Shown here: positions 29,072 to 39,933 of the stretch, piece by piece
Position numbering within the stretch: the first letter of the stretch is position 1
Layout: the number at the start of each line of letters is the position of its first letter
Virus record (IMG/VR): IMGVR_UViG_3300025429_000009
Location: 1-64,000 of that record
Direction: 5' to 3' (one strand)
Origin: a virus
Taxonomy: Duplodnaviria > Caudoviricetes
Length of the DNA stretch: 64,000 nucleotides
The notes under the pieces: model-generated
Databases searched by the model: none
What the model saw: the letters and a program-made list of their open reading frames with translations, nothing else
What the model was told of the DNA's origin: nothing
Translations under genes and position numbers: made by a program

Positions 29072-32000
29072 CGATTACTTAGGACAATCAGGAACGTTTA
29101 TCTACTCACCCGACATCAGTGTCGCTGTGAGCACGATAGACAACGGCATTATAGATATCTCGAACGACATCATTAATTTTACCTTAGACAGAGAAATCAA
29201 CCAAGTAAGCACGTTCACTGCTACACTGAATAATCCAGGCAGAAAATACGTACTGCAAAATCAAAATGGTAATCGTTTGATTAGCACGATGGATAGAATC
29301 ACAGTGTTCTTAAAGAGAACGAACTGGGTTCAATGCTTTACTGGTTATATTACATACGCACCATTGCTGACGTTACAGCCAGTGCCAGTTACTATTACTG
29401 CTAACTGCACACTTCGCATCCTTCAGGTCACCTATTGGGATGACACACTTATTGCTTACCAGCAGTTGCTGCTAAATGCGACTGACCAGGCAGCAGTTGG
29501 ATCAGCGGCTACAGTTACAGATGGTGGTGTTGGCCAAGCAGTGGTTAATGTTTTGTATAAGGTTTGTGGATGGAACCCTAACGCCATTCACATTCAAAGC
29601 CTTCCTCCTAACTTCATTAGTTTTGCTGCTGAAACATATATTCAACAGTTGTCTAGCGGTGACTTGGATCAAAACGCCATCGCTGAGCTCAGCCAGATAC
29701 TTAGTGTTAAAGGTATCTCTAGCGGTAATAGTGTGCAAACTGGTGGTTATGCATACGGTTCAACAGAAACGCTTAATAATTCTAAAGCACCAACAGGTAC
29801 TTCTGTAACTGCATCAAAAGCAGTGCCGTTTATAACTTCTCCTATTGCTGGTGGCAAACAAAATCACCCAGGGCCAAACACATTAAATCCTGTAAACCAA
29901 AAACTTATAGAAGAAGACATTTATTATTGCTCAGCCCCATGGTCTTACCTGCAATACCAAATTACCCCTAGCCTTACACCTTCCGGCAGACAAAGCTATC
30001 AAAAGATACAAGACCAAGCTAAATCATGGCTAGCAGATAACTGGTCAACTGGAAATAATGACGGTCGTTTGCTTGTTGTGTACAACCAAAAGACTGATAA
30101 TGCTGTCGCCGTAAGAGCGACAAGCATCCCACAGGTGCCTAACACATCAGCAAATGGCTATGCAGTTTATGACGACAAAGCAGATTATTTTCAACTGCAC
30201 CCAAGCGTTGTGGCTTACTTAAACGGTACGGTATCAGAGCCATCTAAGTGGAATAGAACAGATGACCCTGGAGCTTCTTACGTAAGCTTCTCGTGGGCAG
30301 ACATGAACAAGATCAACACAGCTGGTGTTATACCAAGTCCAAGTACAACGGTGCTCAGTGGTATTGCTGGTGTTGCCAATCCAAATATTGGCGACTCATC
30401 TGACCCGTTGGTTATTACTGGTGTTCTCCAAACTCTTGTAAGCAACCTGTTGGGGCAAGTAGGTGACAAATACACAGAAAATACTGCGCCAAAACTAGGT
30501 TACACAAGAGATAACCCAGGCAAACCAGGAACGGGAACAGGATCGTTTGACTGCTCGGGTCTTGCATGGTGGGGGTACTCAACGATTGGTATTCATCTAG
30601 GTGGTACCAAACACGCTGGTACTACATGGTCAGAATGCGGGCCAGTAGATGGTAGCCAAGCTGATAAGTATGGTGCATGGACACCAAACACTCAACAACC
30701 AGCTTTGGGAGACCTTGTTTTCTGGGAAGTAACCGGAGATAGCGGAAGTGCGCCACAGCACGTATCTATTCTCATTACTAATTTTGGTGATCCAGGGCCA
30801 CAAGGCACGCATTTTGCTGGTACTCGTGGCGATCCTGATGTTGCTTACTTGATTGAAGCATCTCATGGTGGTTCTAGTAGTGCTGATCAAAATCCATCGT
30901 ATGGTGATCCTGTTTATTACAACAGCAATAACCTTGGACCCAACGTTCAGCAAATTAGATGGAGTTCTATCGCCAATGGTAAATGGTTGCCATGGGGGAT
31001 GAGAGTTATTGGATATCGTAGTCCTATTACTTTGCACCCTAGTTGGACCAGTGCACAACTTCAGCAGCTTTCAATAACTTCTTCGTCGTTAGATAACATT
31101 CAGGCAGTTGGTACTAGCACTGGTACAAACCCATCCACCACTGCACCTGGGCAGAGCAACCCCAACAATCCATCTAATCCAACAGGAACAGCGAGCTCGA
31201 GCACGCTTAATCCCACAGTTGGCACTGCTTCGGGCACTCAACAACAAAGAGTTTCCTCAACGTTTGCTGGTGCATATAGCAACCTTATGCAGCCACCGCA
31301 GTTTGACGTTAGAGCCTCAATGCTAGCTGGTACGCCAAGAGCATTTTTGCTTGACAAACCTGTCATGAATGACATTTCTCAGATCATGGGTGCTGGTTTG
31401 CGTTCATACCAGAGCGCACCAAATGGTGACTTTGTTGCTTGGTTCCCTGATTATTACGGTGTATATGGCACAGACCCTGTTATGGAAATTAGCCCAGTGG
31501 AGATTCTGGATTTCCAGATCTATCATGATGACAACCAGTTGACTACCCACGTCGGTGTTGTAGGTGACACAAACGGTATTGGTTCTCAAGTTAGCTCAGC
31601 TGACTACCTAAACACCAACGGTATCGTTAGCATCCAGGATGGCACCACTGCACAGATGTTGTTTGGTAAGCAAAGCCCCAATAGTAAAGCAAAAGGTAAA
31701 GCCAAAAAGAATGACAAGAATGGTGCTATGAACAACTTATCTGCATTGTCATTCTTGGGTAAGTATGGCATGAGACCTTTGGTCCAAGAGCAGCAGATGA
31801 TTCACAGTACAACTCTTGAATATATGTATGCTCTGTACACATTTATGAACCAATGGGGTAACCAGTTCGCAAGCAATGTTACCTTTACGTTCATGCCGGA
31901 GTTATACCCAGGCATGAGAATCTCAATAACCATGCCAAATGGCACCAACGTCCCAGACCAGTACAACTTCTATGTCACAGCAGTCACACACACCGGAGAC

Positions 32001-32087
32001 TTTACAGGTGGTTTCACCACACAAGCAACTTTGACTGCGCCAATGGCCAATGGAAATATTATGCACTACGGATTGGATCTGGCATAA
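29061..32087 (+). CDS. Baseplate hub with an inserted NlpC/P60 peptidoglycan peptidase
   Basis: Hub-like N-terminus (STFTATLNNP, MDRITVFLKR) and C-terminus (FMPELYPGMRI, FYVTAVTH); FDCSGL..GDLVFW..HVSI..IEA NlpC/P60 core. Confidence 0.8.
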   Translation: MGLNDYLGQSGTFIYSPDISVAVSTIDNGIIDISNDIINFTLDREINQVSTFTATLNNPGRKYVLQNQNGNRLISTMDRITVFLKRTNWVQCFTGYITYAPLLTLQPVPVTITANCTLRILQVTYWDDTLIAYQQLLLNATDQAAVGSAATVTDGGVGQAVVNVLYKVCGWNPNAIHIQSLPPNFISFAAETYIQQLSSGDLDQNAIAELSQILSVKGISSGNSVQTGGYAYGSTETLNNSKAPTGTSVTASKAVPFITSPIAGGKQNHPGPNTLNPVNQKLIEEDIYYCSAPWSYLQYQITPSLTPSGRQSYQKIQDQAKSWLADNWSTGNNDGRLLVVYNQKTDNAVAVRATSIPQVPNTSANGYAVYDDKADYFQLHPSVVAYLNGTVSEPSKWNRTDDPGASYVSFSWADMNKINTAGVIPSPSTTVLSGIAGVANPNIGDSSDPLVITGVLQTLVSNLLGQVGDKYTENTAPKLGYTRDNPGKPGTGTGSFDCSGLAWWGYSTIGIHLGGTKHAGTTWSECGPVDGSQADKYGAWTPNTQQPALGDLVFWEVTGDSGSAPQHVSILITNFGDPGPQGTHFAGTRGDPDVAYLIEASHGGSSSADQNPSYGDPVYYNSNNLGPNVQQIRWSSIANGKWLPWGMRVIGYRSPITLHPSWTSAQLQQLSITSSSLDNIQAVGTSTGTNPSTTAPGQSNPNNPSNPTGTASSSTLNPTVGTASGTQQQRVSSTFAGAYSNLMQPPQFDVRASMLAGTPRAFLLDKPVMNDISQIMGAGLRSYQSAPNGDFVAWFPDYYGVYGTDPVMEISPVEILDFQIYHDDNQLTTHVGVVGDTNGIGSQVSSADYLNTNGIVSIQDGTTAQMLFGKQSPNSKAKGKAKKNDKNGAMNNLSALSFLGKYGMRPLVQEQQMIHSTTLEYMYALYTFMNQWGNQFASNVTFTFMPELYPGMRISITMPNGTNVPDQYNFYVTAVTHTGDFTGGFTTQATLTAPMANGNIMHYGLDLA

Positions 32088-32884
32088 TGAGCGTTTCAGG
32101 AAAGCAATACGATCCTAACAGTGGCGTTCGTCGAGTTATATTGACGACATACCCGGAGCTTCACCCGTTTAGCAAGGTACAGGGCGCACCACAGAATTAC
32201 TACTGTAAAGCAGTAGATATGAAAGGTTTTCAGATCGAGGTTGACCTCCAGGCATACCCAGCTGGTGTAACTCTTGATCAGATTGAACCAAACCAGGTGT
32301 GGTGGGTAGAAAAGCGCACATCTTTGTACCGTTTGTACCTATACGCTGGCACGTACAACCCACAAACGCGTCAGATCGATAGCACAGGTTTGTTGCCTAA
32401 TGATACAACTGCTAAGTATTACGCTAATTACTACAGCACTGTAACCCAAACAGCCCCTTTAGCTAATACACCATATGCGACTACCTATAACGCAACATCA
32501 GATGCTAATGGTTTCAGTGTAGACTCTACGGGTAGTAAAATTACAGCACAGTATGCAGGTACATACCAATTTGTTTTTACAGCACAAGTAATCAACTACA
32601 ACTCTTCTGGTTCTGCTACAAATAATCTTTCTTTCTGGTCTAGAATGAATGGTATTGATGTACCCTGGAGTGCCGGTGAGTACACAGTTTTTTCTAAAGG
32701 TGGTGGAGTTACTCCAGGCCTTGTAGTAGGTTGGAATTTTATTACAGAAATGAATGCTGGAGATTACGTTCAATTAATGTGGGGTGTAGATAACTCCAGT
32801 AACTATCTACAACTTGTAGCTCAACCAAGCCCTCCATATGGTCCAGCAATACCATCTGTAACAATTACAGCACAGCAAATATAA
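32087..32884 (+). CDS. Baseplate spike-like protein with a C1q-like C-terminal domain
   Basis: After the hub; KITAQYAGTYQFVFTAQ and MNAGDYVQLMW motifs. Confidence 0.55.
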   Translation: MSVSGKQYDPNSGVRRVILTTYPELHPFSKVQGAPQNYYCKAVDMKGFQIEVDLQAYPAGVTLDQIEPNQVWWVEKRTSLYRLYLYAGTYNPQTRQIDSTGLLPNDTTAKYYANYYSTVTQTAPLANTPYATTYNATSDANGFSVDSTGSKITAQYAGTYQFVFTAQVINYNSSGSATNNLSFWSRMNGIDVPWSAGEYTVFSKGGGVTPGLVVGWNFITEMNAGDYVQLMWGVDNSSNYLQLVAQPSPPYGPAIPSVTITAQQI

Positions 32885-32916
32885 TGTACTACAACCTTTA
32901 TTTTGCATAAGATATT

Positions 32917-33366
32917 ATGAAGACTATTACAGTTAGCAACGGTGACATACAACTAAGCAATGGTAAGATCCAGTTTTCATATGGTTCAGACAAGCTAGTT
33001 CAAGACATACAAAGATGGTTGACTGAGCCATTGGGTACTGGATTCACAACACCTGGTTTTGGTAGCCTTTTGCCCGGCATGATTGGCCAAGGGCAAAGTA
33101 GCTCAACAATAACTAATGTTACTAGCGAAATTAATAGAGTATTGCAGCTTTACCAGGGCCAACAGATTCAAAGCCTACAGCAGTCGCAGAATACCGGTCA
33201 GCTTGCTTACTGGAACAAAAGCGAAATCATTCAAAACATCGCTTCAGTAAACGTTAGTATACAAAACACAACAGTCTATGCTAATATAAGTTTATTGACT
33301 TTAGCAAATAGCACAGTTAATCTTTCTGTGCTTATTAACAAAAATGGAGTTAACGTAAATGGCTGA
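32917..33366 (+). CDS. Baseplate wedge protein (gp25/W-like)
   Basis: NGDI, KLVQDI..WLTEPLG, PGFGSLL. Confidence 0.75.
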   Translation: MKTITVSNGDIQLSNGKIQFSYGSDKLVQDIQRWLTEPLGTGFTTPGFGSLLPGMIGQGQSSSTITNVTSEINRVLQLYQGQQIQSLQQSQNTGQLAYWNKSEIIQNIASVNVSIQNTTVYANISLLTLANSTVNLSVLINKNGVNVNG

Positions 33367-35806
33367 TACAACAGGAGTGCTAGCTAGGCTTCAGGCCGCC
33401 CTTTCTGTCTACGACCCAACCTGGGACGTTAGCGTAGGAAGCGCAACGTACAAGATCCTTGAATCAGTTGCACAAGAAATCGCTATTGCTAATAATAACT
33501 CTGTCCTGCAGTCATACAGCTATGACATTACAACCAAGGCTGGTTCTGATCTTGACTCGTTTACCAGCCTGTTCGGTGTGTACAGACAGCTTGGTAAAAG
33601 AGCAACTGGTATTGTAACTTTTAACATTGGTGCAGCAACCAACTCAGTTATTGACATCCCAATTGGTACGCAGGTTGCTGTCCCAATTGGCAATGGTTAC
33701 ACATCAGCCATCTATTTTTCTACGATTACACCCGCTATCATTGGTATTGGTGATACTTCTGTAGACGTTCCAGTTTCTTGTACGATCGCTGGCATCGTTG
33801 GTAATGTTCCAGCTGGTGCAATCACCACACTTGTAAGCAGCCTTATGAGCGTTACTTCGGTGACCAATTCTAACCAAACTTCTGGTGGGCTTGAGCCAGA
33901 GAGCGATACAGCACTAAGAGCAAGATGGCAAAATACAGCATTTAGCAACACAACTGGTACATACGGCAAGTACAACCTTACAGCACAGCAGAACCCCAAC
34001 GTAAATCTTGTTAACACAGTTGGAACTCAGATGTATTACAGCGAGCAGTTGCAAGTTTTAGCTTCTGTCAGTGGCACTGGTCCAGCAACCTTCTGTTACG
34101 TTGCTTACAGCGGTATGACAGTGAACACTAGCTCAGGAACTGTTACGTACTCAGGTGCGCCAACCGTTGTTGCTTACAGTGGTTTCTCTTCAGGTGCAAG
34201 CAGCACTGCCGTTGCCTCTGGCCTCCAAGCCCTGCTCAGCGGTATAGCACCGTCATACTACATTACTATATCTTCAACAAATCCATCGAACACTATTACG
34301 AACGGCTTCAGCCTTTCTTACAGCAATACTAGCCCGTACCGTTTGATCCTTGGTAGTGGTAATACGATTCCTGGTAACAGCGTTACAACTAGCGGTGTTA
34401 CTACCATCAGCGGTACGTCATTCACCACGTATGTCCAAAGTGCTAACCCAGACATCGGTGTGTCGGGAACGATGTCTTACAATGGTGCATTCAATGGGGC
34501 ACTGTACCCTGAAGGCAATGAGCTCGTTGGTGTAAACCTTAACTCATTTAATCAAGCTACGTTTGCTCTTACAACTGATTATGTTTACCCAAACAACCCA
34601 ACGCCTCAGTTGACTATTAACTTGCCAAACGGCAGCAATAATTCAGCAATGTTTGTTGGTAGCAACATCCAAGTTATTTCTGAGTACATTCCTGCTTGCA
34701 GCAGATCTACTTCAGTTGCTAGCGGTAATTATGTTGATATTTTTATCAATGGTACAACATCTTCATCGGCATACGAACAAGCAGTGTTCAACCCATCTTT
34801 TACACTGTCGTCAGGCAACAGCAACCCCATGCTGAATACGGTGAACTATACAGTTGCTAGCGGTAACGTTGCTGCAACTATCACCGGTACAACAGGTGAT
34901 TACTATGTGCCATTGGATGTGCAACCAGTGATTAACTTCCCATCACAGTTGAACTTGTCTACCAGTGGTGTAGCGGATACATTCTTCTTGTTCAACAACA
35001 CAACTGGTAGCGGTTACACATACCCAATTGCTTTGAACAAGTATCCATATGTTGTTTTTTCTGGGACAGCAGCTAGTGGAACAAACTTTATTTCTGTAAA
35101 CAACGCCAGTGGCTTTCTTTACCCAGGTTTGGCTTTGGCCAGCGGTATTGCGACATCAGGAACGCAGTACTTTATTAGCAGTGTAAGTAGCAGCGGTGTG
35201 TATCTGAACCAAACTGTTTCAAACAATGGTGCCCCCACAACTACTACTTTCAGCGGTAAAGCAATAGCGTATCCAATCTATGACACCACGGATAATAAGA
35301 ATAGTACCCTACAAACCACAGCAATTGCTATTGACTCGACTACGCCACCAAACGGTTGGCCATCTTTGCCAACGAATGCATCTGTTGTTACATACAACCA
35401 TGGGTACAATAGCGACGTCGTATCTGTTGGAACACTAATTCAACAGAGTAGACCTTTTGGTACTAATACTCTTGTGCATCAAGCTAGTTTCATACCGCTA
35501 ATAATCAATGCAAATATTGTGTTTAGTAGCAACTACACACCAAGCATTGTTCAAACAAATATTAGCAACCAATTGAGCAACTACTTTGGTAATTTTAACT
35601 ATCTGGGCACAATTTCTTTCAATGCAATCGCCAACCAGATTCTTTCTGCCCCAGGCGTTGCTAACGTAAAAATCACTAGCATCAACACAACATCTGTTGA
35701 TGGTACTATCGTTAACACATTCGCTAAGGATTTTATCCTTGCAAGCAATCAGCTGCCATCACTTTACAACGTTGTATACACAGTCAAGGGAGCTAGTACT
35801 TTCTAA
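33359..35806 (+). CDS. Baseplate J-like protein with large central insertions
   Basis: GSDLDSF, RATGIVTF, IPIGTQV, GNVPAGAI, GGLEPESDTALRAR; C-terminal ILSAPGVANV. Confidence 0.85.
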   Translation: MADTTGVLARLQAALSVYDPTWDVSVGSATYKILESVAQEIAIANNNSVLQSYSYDITTKAGSDLDSFTSLFGVYRQLGKRATGIVTFNIGAATNSVIDIPIGTQVAVPIGNGYTSAIYFSTITPAIIGIGDTSVDVPVSCTIAGIVGNVPAGAITTLVSSLMSVTSVTNSNQTSGGLEPESDTALRARWQNTAFSNTTGTYGKYNLTAQQNPNVNLVNTVGTQMYYSEQLQVLASVSGTGPATFCYVAYSGMTVNTSSGTVTYSGAPTVVAYSGFSSGASSTAVASGLQALLSGIAPSYYITISSTNPSNTITNGFSLSYSNTSPYRLILGSGNTIPGNSVTTSGVTTISGTSFTTYVQSANPDIGVSGTMSYNGAFNGALYPEGNELVGVNLNSFNQATFALTTDYVYPNNPTPQLTINLPNGSNNSAMFVGSNIQVISEYIPACSRSTSVASGNYVDIFINGTTSSSAYEQAVFNPSFTLSSGNSNPMLNTVNYTVASGNVAATITGTTGDYYVPLDVQPVINFPSQLNLSTSGVADTFFLFNNTTGSGYTYPIALNKYPYVVFSGTAASGTNFISVNNASGFLYPGLALASGIATSGTQYFISSVSSSGVYLNQTVSNNGAPTTTTFSGKAIAYPIYDTTDNKNSTLQTTAIAIDSTTPPNGWPSLPTNASVVTYNHGYNSDVVSVGTLIQQSRPFGTNTLVHQASFIPLIINANIVFSSNYTPSIVQTNISNQLSNYFGNFNYLGTISFNAIANQILSAPGVANVKITSINTTSVDGTIVNTFAKDFILASNQLPSLYNVVYTVKGASTF

Positions 35807-36762
35807 TGGCTGGTAATAACTTCCCCGTACAGCTGCACTCTACCTTCTTCAAGAAGGTAAGTAATTTCCCAGTTGATATCTACAACTTCAATGACGGTGA
35901 TAATTTAACCACATTGATGCAGATACTTTTGGGTAACAGTGGTACAGGCCAGCTTAGAAACATCCAAACAGCAGCAAGAATTACACAAGAGATTCTTGAG
36001 TTTAGCGACCTAGATCAAATTTTGGGCACTTTGCTTAATGTCAGCAGAGTATCATCAGAAGTGTATAGCTTTCCTACCAATCCTTTTATTGATCAACTGA
36101 CTAGCTCTCAATGGCAAGAGATCATTACTAAAGACGCTAGTTACAGAGAAAGACTACTGGGTGCAGCTGAAAGCTACCAGCTTGGCCCAAATCTTTGGGG
36201 TCTTCTTACCCTCTGCGAAGCACTAACACAAACCAAGTTTTATGCAGTAGAGTCATGGAGAACGCCCGGTTACGGCAGAACCGGTCTTAATCCAGCTAGA
36301 GAAATTGTATTTATCCCATTGCTTGACAGTGCTACTGCTAGTGGATTCTTTTCTTTTAATCAGTACCAAAAGCAAACGATCCTTAATACAATGCAAAACC
36401 TTTTGCCAATGAACTACCAAGTTAGTTTTGGCAGCCCAATACAGACGTTTACACAAGTATCTGGTTCGTACACAACAGCAAGCGGTTACTCAGAATCATA
36501 TTACCTTCAGCCAACAGTAACAACTTCTACCGTTAATTCACCTTCTAATATCCAGCTTGGCAGTGCAACTAGATATTGGATTAAGAACAACAATCAAAAT
36601 GTTGCACCAAACTTTGCACACCTTCAAACAGAAGAAACTTCTATTGACTTGACAGGAAATATTATTTCTGTCACTAGTACTTCTGACACGACTGGCAACT
36701 TAGTGTTTAGCGTTGCCCCTCCTTCTATAACTGTTACATCAACAATATATGGTGGACAATAA
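35806..36762 (+). CDS. Baseplate wedge (tail protein I-like)
   Basis: After J; DLDQILG, DASYRERL. Confidence 0.6.
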   Translation: MAGNNFPVQLHSTFFKKVSNFPVDIYNFNDGDNLTTLMQILLGNSGTGQLRNIQTAARITQEILEFSDLDQILGTLLNVSRVSSEVYSFPTNPFIDQLTSSQWQEIITKDASYRERLLGAAESYQLGPNLWGLLTLCEALTQTKFYAVESWRTPGYGRTGLNPAREIVFIPLLDSATASGFFSFNQYQKQTILNTMQNLLPMNYQVSFGSPIQTFTQVSGSYTTASGYSESYYLQPTVTTSTVNSPSNIQLGSATRYWIKNNNQNVAPNFAHLQTEETSIDLTGNIISVTSTSDTTGNLVFSVAPPSITVTSTIYGGQ

Positions 36763-39700
36763 TGCCTATCCTGCCCAACACATCTAACCCACTAAAGCAA
36801 TACGTAACAGCGGGAAGCCCACCGCCATTGACAGTTGATGGGCTTGTATACAGCAGCATCTATGCAAATACTGGTGTTGTTGACTCGCTTACCAATACCA
36901 ACACTACTGGCTATACAGACCCAAATTTTAATACGCTTAGCCAGTCAAATGCTTCTACCACTTTTGACAAATACCAAACAGGTCAATGGTTCTCGAGCAC
37001 TGATTTTGGTGGGCCAAACAGCGCACCAATTGTTATCACGTACAGCCTTGTAAACACAACGTATTATAATTTAATTAGTTTTGCAGCACTCAACGTACCC
37101 TGTTTTATTGAATTGCTTGATCAAAACTTGAATGCTTTGCCAGGATCATCAACGTTTATTGTGCCTGGCGGTAGCGACATCTTTACTACGACTGATTGGT
37201 TAAACCTTCAATACAGTGCACCGAGTACGTTGACTGGCGTTACGAGCATTAACCTGCGCATTACTCGCAATAAGACCGTTCAAGTTAATAACCCAATCTA
37301 TGGTCTTGCTGACGTAGCTTATTCTGTTGGCCTTAAGGGTTTTAGAATCAAGCTAAACGTCCAAAGCATTACAGACATCCCATCTGCAGTCGTTAGTGGA
37401 ACAACAAGCATCGTTACACAAAACAAATGGGGGCTTGTAGAAAGTTATTCTTACCAAAAGAATGCTGTATCTAACATCTTTTCCAATAATTCATCGTATT
37501 GGAAGAGTGGACCTCAGCCAGTAGCTGATGCTGTTGTTTTCTTCTATGCACAGGTTAGCGACCCCAACACTACAGCAATAAATCGCCTGTATATTGACCC
37601 TATCTATAGTGGTTGCAAATTTAATATCTACTACACAACTGCATCAACTTCAGGGAATACTATTGATCCAGGAAACTTTACGTGGACTCCTATCAATAGA
37701 GACTTTACCCTTAGGAAGGGTATATACGATATCCCCACCATCAACTGTACGTACCTAAAGTTTGAGTTCACTCAACTCATTCCTGAAGTATATGACTTGC
37801 CGTTTGACTCTATTCAACGAACAATCAATGTTTTCCCGCTGGACGTAGAAAATTTTTATCAGTCTCTTGAAAACAGCATTATAGACGCTAATTCTGTAAA
37901 GTACTCAACACTTACAAGTAAGATGGCTAACCAAACCGGTAATAATGGACTAAACATCTCAACACGTTTTGGTGTTTCTTCTAGCACAATGGCAAATAAG
38001 AACACATGGCCTAGTATCGGTGCACTTAACCAATCACAACTTGGTGCAGCTGTGACACAAGGCTTGAACAGTTCTTCGCAGATTATTGATCCAAGTAAAA
38101 GCTATAAGTTACTTGATCAGAATGGTAACTATAACGGGTCTACTTACACGCAATTCCTTCAAAGAAGATTCCCATACGCTGAGCAACACAGCTATAACCA
38201 GATCAACATAAACCAAACATGGCACCAAGCATATTTTACTGGCATACGTTATCTTACGTTCTTTTTTGAAAACACTTATGATGACCTGCGCGGTACGCCG
38301 TACAACCTTTTTGCTAAGAACGGAACAAACAGTGGTTTTTCCACACAAGATGTAAATTATGTAGGTCTTAATCTAGATGACACTGCAACAACCCCATGGT
38401 TCTCAACCATTGATTCGTTTAAAAGCTTTAACATAGGTGGTCTTACAACCGACTGGAGAAGCTTCCTCACGCAGGGCAACCCAATTTCGTTAGACAACAC
38501 TCTAATGAACAACCTCAACTCTGCACAGCTTGCTAGCATGCAGATCTATTCAACACTAACCAAATATGGATCGCTTGGTAAGTCTACGGTATATACAGTT
38601 AGCGGTATATCAGGTACACAATATGGTCTAAAATCAGCACCATATCAATACGGCAACAACATCATGAATTACTATGATGCCAATTTTATACCTGTATCAG
38701 GTTCTCTCAACTGGAAACCTGTAGGATCAACTAATGTTACTAGCACCGCTGTTGCTTGGGTTAGCGGTACGGCCAGCGGCACAGTTAGCGGTATAACCGT
38801 ATCCGGTGGATCAAATGCTGCAACGTATAACTTCACTATCCCCACTGTTTATACGCCCAGTGGTTCTACAGCTTGGACTGTTCAGCTTGGATCGCAAGCT
38901 TACGGTACTGTTGGTTACGCTTCATATGCACCAGGTAGCGGTGTAAACTACTACTTCCTTGCGACGTTGCAGTCTTCTGGTATAACAAACGTGTCAATGT
39001 ACACACAATTTATCAATGCAACAACCAGTGGAGTAATTCCAGGGACTACCGTGTCCGGTGGTCTAGTGCAGTTAAACAATACTGTATCGGGTCTGGTTAC
39101 GATCACAGGAACTAACTACACAGTTAGTGGCCTACCCAGCAATACTATTCAAGTTGTTCTTAGCGGTAGTGCCAACAATGTTCCTTATCAGGTATATGAA
39201 GCAGGTGTTTTTCAGTCGCCAACATCAACATGGGTAACACCATCTGACAGAACAAAGATGCGTGTAAGTGGTGCTGTCAGAGTGTTCTTGCCAGGTACAA
39301 ACAAAGGCACATATAGAGCAAGTCTTTATGGAGTTGACACATACGGCAACACCACTGAGATAGCGTATAAGACCTACGGGTCCTTTAACATGCCATTGAA
39401 TACGTGGTTCGATATTGAACTACAATCGTACACAACATATGACTACGTATCGTTCTATACACAACTTATCCAGACAAACACATCTGTACAAGAGATAATC
39501 TACGTTAGTATGATCGCACCGTTCTATCACCCAGTTAGATATGAGTTCGCCACCACTAGCGGTGGTACAGGTGGTTGGTATCCAATCGTCGAAGGTGTGA
39601 ACAACCCCAATTACTTCATCTCAACAACATCAGGTCTGACTGCCAGCGGTATCCAAATCCGTATGACAGCACTGGATCCAAATGTTTTTATCTCAGGCGT

Positions 39701-39902
39701 AAGTGTTGTGCCAAACTACAAGCAGAACCCTTACTATGCCAACCTTGATATAGACTACCAAGGCAGTAGCAAAACAAACGAGAACGATTCACGTCAAAAC
39801 ATTGAGCTCAAGCCGTTCTTTCAGCTCAATCAAAACATTTACCCAACAGCGTTCTCAATCAAGAATGTAGCCGGTACTGTCATCTCCTACCAGGCGGATT
39901 GA
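36762..39902 (+). CDS. Large baseplate/tail protein
   Basis: 1046 aa, beta-rich; YWKSGPQP, RLYIDP, YLKFEFT; last gene of the structural operon. Confidence 0.65.
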   Translation: MPILPNTSNPLKQYVTAGSPPPLTVDGLVYSSIYANTGVVDSLTNTNTTGYTDPNFNTLSQSNASTTFDKYQTGQWFSSTDFGGPNSAPIVITYSLVNTTYYNLISFAALNVPCFIELLDQNLNALPGSSTFIVPGGSDIFTTTDWLNLQYSAPSTLTGVTSINLRITRNKTVQVNNPIYGLADVAYSVGLKGFRIKLNVQSITDIPSAVVSGTTSIVTQNKWGLVESYSYQKNAVSNIFSNNSSYWKSGPQPVADAVVFFYAQVSDPNTTAINRLYIDPIYSGCKFNIYYTTASTSGNTIDPGNFTWTPINRDFTLRKGIYDIPTINCTYLKFEFTQLIPEVYDLPFDSIQRTINVFPLDVENFYQSLENSIIDANSVKYSTLTSKMANQTGNNGLNISTRFGVSSSTMANKNTWPSIGALNQSQLGAAVTQGLNSSSQIIDPSKSYKLLDQNGNYNGSTYTQFLQRRFPYAEQHSYNQININQTWHQAYFTGIRYLTFFFENTYDDLRGTPYNLFAKNGTNSGFSTQDVNYVGLNLDDTATTPWFSTIDSFKSFNIGGLTTDWRSFLTQGNPISLDNTLMNNLNSAQLASMQIYSTLTKYGSLGKSTVYTVSGISGTQYGLKSAPYQYGNNIMNYYDANFIPVSGSLNWKPVGSTNVTSTAVAWVSGTASGTVSGITVSGGSNAATYNFTIPTVYTPSGSTAWTVQLGSQAYGTVGYASYAPGSGVNYYFLATLQSSGITNVSMYTQFINATTSGVIPGTTVSGGLVQLNNTVSGLVTITGTNYTVSGLPSNTIQVVLSGSANNVPYQVYEAGVFQSPTSTWVTPSDRTKMRVSGAVRVFLPGTNKGTYRASLYGVDTYGNTTEIAYKTYGSFNMPLNTWFDIELQSYTTYDYVSFYTQLIQTNTSVQEIIYVSMIAPFYHPVRYEFATTSGGTGGWYPIVEGVNNPNYFISTTSGLTASGIQIRMTALDPNVFISGVSVVPNYKQNPYYANLDIDYQGSSKTNENDSRQNIELKPFFQLNQNIYPTAFSIKNVAGTVISYQAD

Positions 39903-39927
39903 CCCCTACGCATTAATATGCTAGTGT
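39899..39927 (+). promoter_or_regulatory. Housekeeping-sigma promoter TTGACC-N17-TAGTGT with extended TG, probably leaderless
   Basis: -35 at 39899-904, -10 at 39922-927, ATG 7 nt downstream with no SD. Confidence 0.7.
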
Positions 39928-39933
39928 GTATGT

